Below are positions 37,691 through 46,894 of a DNA stretch of 61,803 bases, one piece after another. The position numbers and the translations under genes were made by a program. Numbering within the stretch: position 1 is the stretch's first letter; each line of letters opens with the position of its first letter. A model generated the notes under the pieces. It was not told the DNA's origin. It worked only from the letters and a program-made list of their open reading frames with translations, and ran no database searches. The stretch comes from Dehalococcoidia bacterium. Its GTDB lineage: Bacteria > Chloroflexota > Dehalococcoidia > DSTF01 > JACRBR01. The stretch is from positions 1 to 61,803 of the forward strand of contig JBGQBE010000014.1 in assembly GCA_041494685.1 (NCBI GenBank). Direction: 5' to 3'.

Positions 37691-38671
37691 CTAGATCGTC
37701 CCCTTCCTGTCACGATTTCGTGCGACGGCGATCGCGCCGAGCGCACCGGCCCGTTCCCCCAACTCCCCCTCCACAATCCGGACGTCCGCGAAGGACTGCG
37801 CGAAGCTCCGTGCCCGGGCGACTTCGACCGCCGGACGCAGGAGCGCGTCCCCCATGTTCGTCAGCCCACCCCCCAGCACGATGGCCTGGGGGTTGAACGC
37901 ATTGATCAGGCTGGCCAGCCCCAATCCCAGGTAGCGGCCGGCCTCGGCGATGATCGCCTCCGCTTCGGCCTCGCCCTGTTCTCCGGCGAGGAACACCGTC
38001 TGCGCCGACAGCGGCGGATCGTGCTCCGCCAGCCGCGCCGTCCGCACCAGCCCCCCGGCGGCGATCTGCTCTCTCGCGCGCGCCGCGATGGCAGTGCCGG
38101 ACGCGAACGCCTCGAGGCAGCCGACGTGGCCCGCGCCGCAGGCCGGGCCCTCGGCGGCGACGATGATGTGCCCGAACTCGCCCGCGGCGCCGGAGGCGCC
38201 GGCGTACAGTTCGTCATCGATGATGATACCGCCGCCAATACCCGTGCTCAGGGTAACAAAAAGCACGTGGCGGTAGCCGCGCCCGGCGCCGAACTGGTGC
38301 TCGGCTACGCCCTGGCAGTTGGCATCGTTCTCCAGGATCGCGGGGATGCCCAGCCGCTCGTGGAGGATCTTGGCCAGCGGCACGTTGTGCCAGCCGGGCA
38401 GGTTGGGCGGGTCCGTGATCACGCCCGCCGCCGCATCGATGGGACCAGGGGCGGAGATGCCCGCGGCGCGCAGGACGCTCACGTCGATGCCCGAGTCCGA
38501 AGCCGCGCCGCGCACGGCGTCGACGATGCGGCCGATGACGGCTTCGGGGCCCTGGCTGGCATATGTCGGCACGCGCTCACTGCCGATGACACGGCCGCCG
38601 GCGTCGGCCACGAGCGCCAGAATCTTCGTCCCGCCGAGGTCGATGCCGGCGTAGACGGTATCCGCGCTCAT
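37691..38671 (-). CDS. ROK-family sugar kinase (glucokinase-like)
   Basis: GIDLGGTKI, ENDAN, GEFGH, CGAGHVGCLE. Confidence 0.92.
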   Translation of the reverse strand: MSADTVYAGIDLGGTKILALVADAGGRVIGSERVPTYASQGPEAVIGRIVDAVRGAASDSGIDVSVLRAAGISAPGPIDAAAGVITDPPNLPGWHNVPLAKILHERLGIPAILENDANCQGVAEHQFGAGRGYRHVLFVTLSTGIGGGIIIDDELYAGASGAAGEFGHIIVAAEGPACGAGHVGCLEAFASGTAIAARAREQIAAGGLVRTARLAEHDPPLSAQTVFLAGEQGEAEAEAIIAEAGRYLGLGLASLINAFNPQAIVLGGGLTNMGDALLRPAVEVARARSFAQSFADVRIVEGELGERAGALGAIAVARNRDRKGTI

Positions 38672-40128
38672 GACGTGGGGGCGCGCGCCGCGGCACGGTC
38701 AGCCCGCGCCGCCGCGTAGAGCTCGATGTACTTGCCCGCGGCCCGCCCCCACGACCAGTCCTGGCGCATGCCGCGCTCCTGCAGCGAGCGCCAGCCGCCC
38801 GGATTCTCGAAAGCGGCCAGGGCGCGTTCGGCGGCGTGCTCCAGCTCATGCGCGTCCGCCGCGTCGAAGACGAAGCCCGTGCCGGAGCGGAGCGGCACGT
38901 CGGCATCCTGCACGGTGTCAGCCAGGCCGCCGGTACGCCGCACGAGTGGCACCGCGCCGTAGCGCAGCGAGATCAGCTGGCCGAGGCCGCAGGGCTCGTA
39001 CCGCGATGGCATGACGAAGACGTCGCAGCCGCCGTAGATCTCCTGACCGAGCGGCGGGTTGAAGTCGAGCCAGATCTTCACCTTCTGCGGGTACTTCTCC
39101 TGCAGTTGCAGGAGCATCCGGTGCACCTCTTCGTCGCCGGTGCCGAGTACGACGAGCTGCATGTCACGAGCGGCTAGCATCGCGTCGAAGGCCGCGGCGA
39201 CGAGGTCGATGCCCTTCTGCGCCCAGAGGCGCGTCACGACGCCGAACACCAGCGAGCGCTCGCTCTGCGGCAACCCCGCCTTCGCCTGGAGCGCTCGCTT
39301 GTTCTCGGCGCGGGCGTCCAGCGTGTCGACGCTATAGCGCCGCGCGAGCGCGGCGTCCGTCGCCGGGTCGAACTCCTCGTAGTCGATGCCGTTGACGATG
39401 CCGGAGACGACGGCCGCGCGGGCGCGCAGCAGGCCATCCAGGCCGGCGCCGTACTCCGGCGTCATGATCTCCTCCGCGTAGGTCTCGCTGACCGTGTTCA
39501 CGCGGTCCGCGTGCAGGATGCCCTGCGCCATGGCACTGTAGGCGATCTCGTGCGGCACGTCCGCAGGCATCGCAAGCGACGAGACACCGATGCCGAAGTG
39601 CGCCGCGAATCCGGCTTCGAAGCTGCCCTGCAGCGCCAGGTTGTGGATGGTGTAGACGCGCCCCGCTCCCGCCCAGAGGTGCGCGCGGTCGGCATCGAGT
39701 CGCGTGAACAGAAGCGCGGTGTGCCAGTCCTGCGCGTGGACCACGTCGGGTGCGAAGCCCAGGTGCGGCGCGGCGGCGAGCAGGGCGTCGCAGAAGAAGA
39801 GGAAGCGGTCCTTGTCGTCGTCGAAGCCGTAGACGTTGGCCCGCTTGAAGTAGCGTCCATTCTCCAGGAGATAGACGGGCACGCCGCGCACGTCCGCCTG
39901 CCAGACGTCCACCCGCTGCTCGCCGTCGGGCCAGGGCACGCGTACGTCCTGGAGCAGGTGGCGCAGGCCCGGCAGCGTCGTGCGCTCGATGGAGCCATGC
40001 ATCGGCATGGCGACCCGCACGTCCGCGCCGCCGGCGCGCAACGCGCGGGGCAGCGAGCCGACGACGTCGCCCAGGCCGCCGACCTTCGCCAGCGGGCTCA
40101 TCTCAACAGCGGCGAAGAGGACGTTCAA
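38668..40128 (-). CDS. glgA: Glycogen synthase
   Basis: KVGGLGDV, HAQDWH, TIHNL, PSRYEPCGL, TGGLADTV. Confidence 0.96.
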   Translation of the reverse strand: MNVLFAAVEMSPLAKVGGLGDVVGSLPRALRAGGADVRVAMPMHGSIERTTLPGLRHLLQDVRVPWPDGEQRVDVWQADVRGVPVYLLENGRYFKRANVYGFDDDKDRFLFFCDALLAAAPHLGFAPDVVHAQDWHTALLFTRLDADRAHLWAGAGRVYTIHNLALQGSFEAGFAAHFGIGVSSLAMPADVPHEIAYSAMAQGILHADRVNTVSETYAEEIMTPEYGAGLDGLLRARAAVVSGIVNGIDYEEFDPATDAALARRYSVDTLDARAENKRALQAKAGLPQSERSLVFGVVTRLWAQKGIDLVAAAFDAMLAARDMQLVVLGTGDEEVHRMLLQLQEKYPQKVKIWLDFNPPLGQEIYGGCDVFVMPSRYEPCGLGQLISLRYGAVPLVRRTGGLADTVQDADVPLRSGTGFVFDAADAHELEHAAERALAAFENPGGWRSLQERGMRQDWSWGRAAGKYIELYAAARADRAAARAPTS

Positions 40129-40464
40129 TGCGGATCCCTGAGAGGTAACGGGTGACGGCTATGTCTATCGGATCGGCCGGGGCGCGGCAACCTGAGAGCG
40201 TTGCGATCGGGTGACGCGTGAACGGGGGATGCTGTGCGTGCACGGGTGACGCGGCCTGGCTCCGCTGACCGGCGCGGGCGATACCCCCGAAACAAAACGA
40301 GGGCGGCATTGCTGCCGCGCCCCGCTCGTTGTCGAAGGCCCCGCCTCCTTCGACACACACTAGAACGGCCCCTCCCCTGCGACGTTACAATGTTCCGATC
40401 CGCGTAAACTTGACGTGCGGGCCGAAGCCGCGTAGACCGCGGCGCCGCCGATATACTGCCGCCC

Positions 40465-41175
40465 ATGCCCTCACCATCGCGCAGGTCGGAGTTTCTCGCG
40501 GGCGTGCGCGCCCAGGCGCCGCTCCTGCTCGGCGTCTCGCCATTCGGCATGGCCTACGGCGCCTACGCCGTGAAGTCGGGCCTGTCCTCTGGCCTCGCGC
40601 AGGCGATGTCGGCGATCATCTTCGGTGGCGCAAGCCAGCTGGTGGCGTCGCGGCTGATCGCGCAGAGTGTGCCCGGCGCGGTCATCGTGCTGACGGTGCT
40701 GCTGGTGAACCTGCGCCACATGCTGTACAGCGCCGCGCTCGCGCCGCACGTCGAGCATCTGGAGCGGCGCTGGCGCTGGCTGCTGGCGTACCTGTTGACC
40801 GACGAGGCGTACGCGACGGCGATCACGCGCTACCGCCGGCGCGACGCGGCGGCCTACAGCCACTGGTTCTTCCTCGGAACGGGGCTCGCGCTGTGGACGG
40901 CATGGCAGATCAGCACGGCGATCGGCGTCTTCGTGGGCGCGGCGGTGCCCGATAGCTGGTCGCTGGACTTCGCGCTGCCGCTGACGTTCATCGCGCTGCT
41001 CGTGCCCGCGCTGACGAGCCGTCCGGCGGTCCTCGCGGCGGCCGTGGCTGGATTCGTGGCGGTGCTGGGCTATCACTGGCCGTACGGCACCGGGCTGCTC
41101 TCCGCCGCGGTCGCCGGCATGCTGGCCGGGATGGCAGCGGACCGCGCGCTCGGCGCCGAAGCGGAGGCACCGTGA
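40465..41175 (+). CDS. azlC: AzlC-family amino acid exporter permease
   Basis: GGASQL, VNLRHMLYS, LTDEAYA. Confidence 0.9.
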   Translation: MPSPSRRSEFLAGVRAQAPLLLGVSPFGMAYGAYAVKSGLSSGLAQAMSAIIFGGASQLVASRLIAQSVPGAVIVLTVLLVNLRHMLYSAALAPHVEHLERRWRWLLAYLLTDEAYATAITRYRRRDAAAYSHWFFLGTGLALWTAWQISTAIGVFVGAAVPDSWSLDFALPLTFIALLVPALTSRPAVLAAAVAGFVAVLGYHWPYGTGLLSAAVAGMLAGMAADRALGAEAEAP

Positions 41176-41492
41176 CGCTCTGGCTGATCGTCGCGGCCGC
41201 CGGCATCGGCACGTACGGCATCCGGCTGTCGGTGATGGTGTTCGTGCACCACTCGCTGCTGCCGCGTGCGGCGCGCGACGCCCTGCGATTCGTCACGCCC
41301 GCGGTGCTGCTGGCGATCATCTTGCCGGCCGTGCTCTATACGGGCGAGCCGGTGGCGTTCGACGCCGGCCCGGGCAACGAGCGCCTGGTAGCCGCTCTGG
41401 CCGCCGTCGCCGTGGCGTGGGCGGCAAAGAACGCCTGGCTGACCATCGGCAGCGGCATGGCGATGCTGTGGCTGTTGCGCTGGGCCGGCTGA
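41172..41492 (+). CDS. azlD: AzlD-family protein
   Basis: GTYGIRLS...LRFVTPAVL; GTGA overlap with azlC. Confidence 0.85.
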   Translation: MTLWLIVAAAGIGTYGIRLSVMVFVHHSLLPRAARDALRFVTPAVLLAIILPAVLYTGEPVAFDAGPGNERLVAALAAVAVAWAAKNAWLTIGSGMAMLWLLRWAG

Positions 41493-41508
41493 AGCTTCGC
41501 TTCAGCCG
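41486..41508. terminator. Perfect hairpin at azlD end
   Basis: CGGCTGAAGC-ttc-GCTTCAGCCG; no clear U-tract. Confidence 0.5.
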
Positions 41509-41585
41509 AACAGACAACAGAAGGGTGCGCCCACGAATCTGTTGTCTGTTGTTCGTCTCTGTTGTCTGCTCTCTGCTGTCTGTTC
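41508..41585. repeat. Inverted heptamer cassette CAACAGA / TCTGTTG
   Basis: gaacaga caacaga ... tctgttg tctgttg .. tctgttg tctgctc tctgctg tctgttc. Confidence 0.85.
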
Positions 41586-41600
41586 TACACTTCCGGCACC

Positions 41601-42872
41601 ATGACCACCACGGCATCCGAGATCGAAGTCAAGGCACGCGAGGCGAAGGCCGCGGCGCGGAAGCTCGCCACGCTTTCGACGCAGGTGAAGAACGCCGCGC
41701 TGAACGGCCTGGCCGACGCGCTGATGGGGCACATGGACGAGGTACTGGCGGCGAACGCGCTGGACCTCGACCGCGCACGCGCGGACGGGCTCTCGTCGGC
41801 GGTGATCGACCGGCTGACGCTGACGGCGGAACGCCTGGCGGCCATCGCGAAGGACGTGCGCAACGTGGCGTCGCTGCCGGACCCGGTGGGCGAGTCGCTG
41901 GAGATGCGCACGCTGCCCAACGGCATGATCGTCGGCAAGATGCGCGTGCCGTTCGGCGTCATTGGCGCGATCTACGAGAACCGCCCCAACGTCACCGTGG
42001 ACATCGCCTCGCTCTGCCTGAAGGCGGGCAGCGCGACGATCCTGCGCGGCGGCAAGGAAGCGCTGCAGTCGAACATCGTGCTCGGCCGGATCATCGGCGG
42101 CGCGCTGCAGGCCGCGGGCGTGCCGGCCGGCGCGGTGCAGATCATCGAGTCGAGCGACCGCGCCATCGTCTCCGAGATGCTGGCGATGAAGGAGTACATC
42201 GACCTGATGGTGCCGCGCGGCGGCGAAGAGCTGATCCGCTTCGTCGAGAAGAACGCGACGATGCCGGTGCTGATCGGCGGCATCGGCGTCTGTCACACCT
42301 ACGTGGACCGCGACGCCGACCTCGCGAAGGCGCGCGACATCGTGGTAAACGCGAAGACGCGGCGGTACAGCGTCTGCAACGCGCTCGACACCCTGATCGT
42401 GCACGCCGATGCGGCGCCGCGCTTCCTGCCGGAGATCGCGGCGGCGCTGGCAGAGAAGGGCGTCGAGCTGCGCTGCGATGAGCGCGCGTACGCCGCGCTC
42501 GAAGGAAAACCGAGGGTCGTGCGCGCGACCGACGCGGACTTCGGCAAGGAGTTCCTGGCGCTCGTCGCGTCGGTGAAGGTCGTGGACTCGTACGAGGACG
42601 CGGTGGACTTCATCTATCGCTACAGCAGCGGCCACTCCGACGCGATCGTGACGGAGAACTACACGACGGCGATGCGCTTCCTGCGCGAAGTCGACACGGC
42701 CGTCTGCTACGTGAACGCGAGCACGCAGTTCACCGACGGCGCCCAGTTCGGCATGGGCGCCGAGATCATCGACGCGACGCAGAAGTCGCACGCGCGCGGC
42801 CCGGTGGGACTGAAGGAGATCTGCACGTACAAGTGGATCGTCTTCGGCAGCGGGCAGACGCGGCCGGCGTAG
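41601..42872 (+). CDS. proA: Glutamate-5-semialdehyde dehydrogenase
   Basis: VPFGVIGAIYENRPNVT, ILRGGKEA, VCNALDT, NASTQFTDG, HARGPVGL. Confidence 0.96.
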   Translation: MTTTASEIEVKAREAKAAARKLATLSTQVKNAALNGLADALMGHMDEVLAANALDLDRARADGLSSAVIDRLTLTAERLAAIAKDVRNVASLPDPVGESLEMRTLPNGMIVGKMRVPFGVIGAIYENRPNVTVDIASLCLKAGSATILRGGKEALQSNIVLGRIIGGALQAAGVPAGAVQIIESSDRAIVSEMLAMKEYIDLMVPRGGEELIRFVEKNATMPVLIGGIGVCHTYVDRDADLAKARDIVVNAKTRRYSVCNALDTLIVHADAAPRFLPEIAAALAEKGVELRCDERAYAALEGKPRVVRATDADFGKEFLALVASVKVVDSYEDAVDFIYRYSSGHSDAIVTENYTTAMRFLREVDTAVCYVNASTQFTDGAQFGMGAEIIDATQKSHARGPVGLKEICTYKWIVFGSGQTRPA

Positions 42873-42934
42873 CTTCCAGGCGGGCGAGTGACAGTGACGG
42901 TAGCTGGTCGCGTAAACCGATATTGCCGTTTGCG

Positions 42935-42958
42935 GTAGGGGCGCAGCCTGCTGCGCCC
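42935..42958 (+). repeat. GTAG-type REP-like palindrome
   Basis: GTAG-GGGCGCAGC-CT-GCTGCGCCC. Confidence 0.7.
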
Positions 42959-43010
42959 GAATTGCCGGGCCGATAGCCCGATGAAGTTGGCGCGCGATAA
43001 TATTGCTGTC

Positions 43011-43355
43011 ATGACGATCCCGGAACTAACCCAACGAGGCGCCGAGCGGCTACTCGAACAGTTCATCGAGCGACGCGTCTCGCCGCGGATCCGCCACAAG
43101 GTGCGGATGTCTGTTGAGACACGCGGCAACAACGTGACACTCTTCGAGCACCGACCAGTCTTCCACATGCTCGGCAAATGGACGAACAGCAAGGTCGCGC
43201 AGTTTCGCTACGATCCGGACTCGGATCGCTGGACGCTCTACTGCAGCGACCGACATGATCGGTGGCATCGCTACACGCAGAAGCAGCCAGCTACTGCTAT
43301 CGCGGCTCTCCTCCGCGAGGTCGATCAGGATCCCACGGGCATCTTCTGGGGCTAA
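43011..43355 (+). CDS. DUF3024-like protein
   Basis: VAQFRY...WTLYCSDRHDRWHRY...EVDQDPTGIFWG; lower GC than neighbours. Confidence 0.85.
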   Translation: MTIPELTQRGAERLLEQFIERRVSPRIRHKVRMSVETRGNNVTLFEHRPVFHMLGKWTNSKVAQFRYDPDSDRWTLYCSDRHDRWHRYTQKQPATAIAALLREVDQDPTGIFWG

Positions 43356-43435
43356 TTCGCACCTATGGTCGCGCGATACCGCTCGCTTCAGCGACGGGCT
43401 CGTGAGGTCGAGTTCGGAAACAGGCCCACGTAGTG

Positions 43436-44185
43436 TCAGACGCGGCGGGGCGGGCGCGTGCGCAGCGTCTTCACGCCGTCGTCGTCGTAGAGCACCGGCA
43501 CGGCCTCGGAGATATCGACCTGGCCCGCCTGGCGCAGATCGCCGTCGAAGCCGATGCGCGCCAGGCGGCGGCCGTGCGCCGACTCGCGGAACATGCGGTT
43601 CGTGTCGCCCTCGTACCACTGCCAGAGGTGCATCGCCGCGAACGCCTCATCGGTCGGCCGGATACCGCCCTCCGCCTCGCACACCGCCTCGACGATCGCG
43701 CCGGCAGCGGCGGTGTCTTCGAGGCTGAACGCGACGCCCGCGTTCACACCGGCGCAGACGACCGCGATATCGAGGTCGCGCGACGCGGCCTCGGCGAGCA
43801 GGCGCCGCGCCGCCGCGTGGCGGTTCACCAGCGCCGCCGCGATCACGACGGGCGCCTGGGCGGCGGCGTGGATCGCGCGCGTGCCGTTGGTCGTGTAGAG
43901 CACCGCCGACTTGCCCTTGAACGACAGCCCGGCGAACTCCGCCGGCGAGTTGCCGTAGTCGAATCCGTCAGGGGGCACGGCGTCGACTTCGCCGCAGAGC
44001 AGTGCGAAGTTGCGCCGCGCCAGTTCGTGCGCCTGGACGACGTTCTCGCTGATCATCGCGCGCAGCAGCCCGCCCTCGAACATTGTGACGAGCGAGGTGG
44101 TGGCGCGCAGCACGTCGACGACGGCGACGGCGTGCCGTTGCGGCTCGCACAGGAGGCGCGGCGTCATGGCGACGGTGATCTTCAT
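43436..44185 (-). CDS. comB: 2-phosphosulfolactate phosphatase family protein
   Basis: VVDVLRATTS, GFDYGNSP, TTNGT, FSLED. Confidence 0.88.
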   Translation of the reverse strand: MKITVAMTPRLLCEPQRHAVAVVDVLRATTSLVTMFEGGLLRAMISENVVQAHELARRNFALLCGEVDAVPPDGFDYGNSPAEFAGLSFKGKSAVLYTTNGTRAIHAAAQAPVVIAAALVNRHAAARRLLAEAASRDLDIAVVCAGVNAGVAFSLEDTAAAGAIVEAVCEAEGGIRPTDEAFAAMHLWQWYEGDTNRMFRESAHGRRLARIGFDGDLRQAGQVDISEAVPVLYDDDGVKTLRTRPPRRV

Positions 44186-44323
44186 CTCCGCGAGCGTAGC
44201 CCCGGTGGCGGCGAGCGTCGATAGCGAAGCGTCAAGTTGAGGCCGGGAGATGCGCGCTATCACAAAGATGTGCGTCAACGGCGCACGGCCACGGCCGATC
44301 AGCGTCAAGGCGGCGTCAAGGGA

Positions 44324-45631
44324 CTACGCCGGCGGCTCGCCCAGGACACCCCATGCGTGCATGGCTTCGATGGCGTCGTCGGAGTAGCCGAGCTCGCGCA
44401 GGATCTCTTCGCTGTGCTGGCCAAGCGTAGGCGACGCGCCCTGAGGCTCAAGCGGCGTATCGCTCATCTGCAGCATCGGGCCGGCCATACGCACGGGGCC
44501 CATCAGCGGGTGATCGACCATGCTGATCAGCCCGTTCTCCAGCACCTGGGGGTCATCGAGCAACTCCTCGGTGAAGCGCACCTGCCCGGCCGGCACCCCC
44601 GCCGCATCGAAGAGCGCCAGCCACTCCTCCGTCGTCTTCGCGGCGAGCAGCGCTTCCGCGGCCGCGACGAGCCGGTCGCAGTAGGCGAGCACGTCGGGGT
44701 CGGTCGGGTCGACTTCGTCGGGGCGCTTGCCGATGCGCGAGTCCTCGAGGCGCAGCACGCCCAGCAGCTTCTTGCGCAGCGGGTTGCTCAGGCAACCCAC
44801 CGCGATGAAGCCGTCCGCCGTCTGAAAGCAGCGGTAGTAGATGTTGCCGATCACGGGCCGGACGCCGGCGATCACCTCGAGCTGATCGGCGTACGAGCCG
44901 CGGTTATGACGCAGTTCGTTGATCTTCGCGAGCGCGTCCTCACGCGCTTCGCTGTCCACCGCCTCGATCGACATCAGGCGGGTGTTCTGGATCGAGAGGG
45001 CGCTGCCCATGAGCGTGGTGCTGATGCACTGCCCCTTGCCCGTGCGCTCGCGCGAAAACAGCGCGGCGCAGATGCCCCAGGCGATCGCGATGCCGGTCGA
45101 GAGATCGGCGGCAGGCAGCGCGTTGAGGCGCGGCACGCCGCTCTGCTCCTGGCGGCCCTCCACCGTCATCAGCCCGGTGAGCGCCTGCGCGATCAGGTCG
45201 TAGCCGGGACGATGGGAGTACGGCCCCTTGCGGCCGAACGCGGTGTTGTCGCAGTAGATCAGCCGCGGGTTGAGGGCGGAGACCGTCTCGTAGTCGATGC
45301 CGAGCTTGGCGGCGACATCGGGGCGGTAGTTGATGATCACGACGTCCATCCGCGGCACGAGCCTGTGCACGACCTCGCGCCCCTGCGGCGTGTTGAGGTC
45401 GATCGCGAGGCCGCGCTTGCCGCGGTTGAGGGATATGTAGCCGCGGCCTTCGCGCAGACCGAGGGGCTGGAAGCCGCGCCACGGGTCGCCGGCCGGCGAC
45501 TCGACCTTGATGACGTCCGCGCCCATGTCGGACAGGAGCATGCCGCCGAACGGCGCGGCAATGATCTCGGAGAACTCCAGTACCTTGATCCCGGCCAGCG
45601 GGCCGGAGTGACCCTTCGCGCCCATCGCCAC
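44324..45631 (-). CDS. CaiB/BaiF family III CoA-transferase
   Basis: PLAGIKVLE, DMGADVIKVE, NRGKR, GYDLIAQA, PTLGQHS. Confidence 0.93.
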   Translation of the reverse strand: MAMGAKGHSGPLAGIKVLEFSEIIAAPFGGMLLSDMGADVIKVESPAGDPWRGFQPLGLREGRGYISLNRGKRGLAIDLNTPQGREVVHRLVPRMDVVIINYRPDVAAKLGIDYETVSALNPRLIYCDNTAFGRKGPYSHRPGYDLIAQALTGLMTVEGRQEQSGVPRLNALPAADLSTGIAIAWGICAALFSRERTGKGQCISTTLMGSALSIQNTRLMSIEAVDSEAREDALAKINELRHNRGSYADQLEVIAGVRPVIGNIYYRCFQTADGFIAVGCLSNPLRKKLLGVLRLEDSRIGKRPDEVDPTDPDVLAYCDRLVAAAEALLAAKTTEEWLALFDAAGVPAGQVRFTEELLDDPQVLENGLISMVDHPLMGPVRMAGPMLQMSDTPLEPQGASPTLGQHSEEILRELGYSDDAIEAMHAWGVLGEPPA

Positions 45632-45703
45632 CCCTGTTCCGAACTCGGTCGTCGCGGAAGTGGCGTTAGTATAGGGCCGGACGGCCCGTCCGTGAAGCGC
45701 GGG

Positions 45704-46129
45704 CTAGAGCCGCTTCTCCATGGCGATGTGGGGGATGCCCACTTCGTCGTAGACATCGCCGACGGGGGTGTAGCCGCAGCGGTCGTAGAAGCCCCGCGCG
45801 TAAAGCTGCGCGCTGAGCTTGAAGTGGCGGATGCCGCGCGACGCGCCCTCGCGCTCCAGCGCCTGCAGTACCAGCGCGCCGAGGCCGGTGCCGCGGTGCG
45901 GCGACAGCACGGCCATGCGGCCGATCTTCGCGTAGCCGTCCTCGACCAGCAGGCGGCCGGCAGCAACCGGAGCGCCGTCCATGTAGCCGACGCAATGCAC
46001 CGCCGTCGCGTCGGCGTCGTCCAACTCCTCGCTGCGCGGGATGCGCTGCTCGTCCACGAACACGGCGATGCGCACCGCGAAGGCGTCCTCGCGCTGCCCT
46101 GGCGTGGTCGCGACCAAGATCTCGCTCAC
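45704..46129 (-). CDS. GNAT acetyltransferase (ElaA/YjcF-like)
   Basis: VRIAVFVDEQ, KIGRMAV, LSAQ, EVGIPHIAM. Confidence 0.9.
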   Translation of the reverse strand: MSEILVATTPGQREDAFAVRIAVFVDEQRIPRSEELDDADATAVHCVGYMDGAPVAAGRLLVEDGYAKIGRMAVLSPHRGTGLGALVLQALEREGASRGIRHFKLSAQLYARGFYDRCGYTPVGDVYDEVGIPHIAMEKRL

Positions 46130-46770
46130 GGGCGCGCTGGCGCGCCCGGTGCGCGCGCGACGCCGAAGATCGCGGGCAGCTACGGGGCGAGCTTCAGCCG
46201 CTCGACGGGCGCGACCTCGAACCCCGCGGCGCGCAGCGCGTCCTCGGTGCGGCGGTTCGCGTGGCACCCGGCGGAGCACCAGCCCCACGCCGGCTGCATG
46301 AGGTCCTGCACGCGGCCGAGCATGCCGTCCGCTCGCACGTGCTCGAAGAAGCGCAACTCGCCACCGGGCCGCAGCACGCGGCGGATCTCGGCGAGCGAGC
46401 GCGTGACATCGCCGACGGTGCAGAGCACGAGCGTGGCGACGACCGCGTCGAACGAGGCGTCCGCGAACGGCAGCAGCTCCGCGGGCTCTTCGCGGACTTC
46501 AATGTTGGGGTGTGCGCCGGCGGCCAACTTGCGTCGCGCGCGCGCCGCCATGAACGGGTCCGGCTCCAGCGCGATGACGTGCGCTTCGGGCGGATAGTGG
46601 GCGAAGTTGGAGCCGGTGCCCGCGCCGATCTCCAGCACGTCGCCGCGCAGCCCGGCGAGCAGCCTGCCGCGGCGCGGCCCCAGCTTGCGCTCGGTGGCGC
46701 GCATCTGGAGATCGTAGAACGTGGCGAACCAGCGATGGCCCTTCTGTTCGGGGCGTGCGGGATCCGGCAT
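46126..46770 (-). CDS. Class I SAM methyltransferase interrupted by in-frame TAG at 46180-46182
   Basis: VLEIGAGTG, LVLCTV, FFEHV, GCHANR; frame continues LPAIFGVAR...TGA overlapping next GTG. Confidence 0.8.
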
Positions 46771-46894
46771 GGCGGCAACCTCCCTCCTCCGATGATCGGC
46801 CTCAACGAGCCAAGGCGCAATGCGCCATCGGTCACCGGGACAGTACGGGCACGCCGCGGCGTGCCCGTAGATTCGATGCGTCCGGCAGCTCCAG

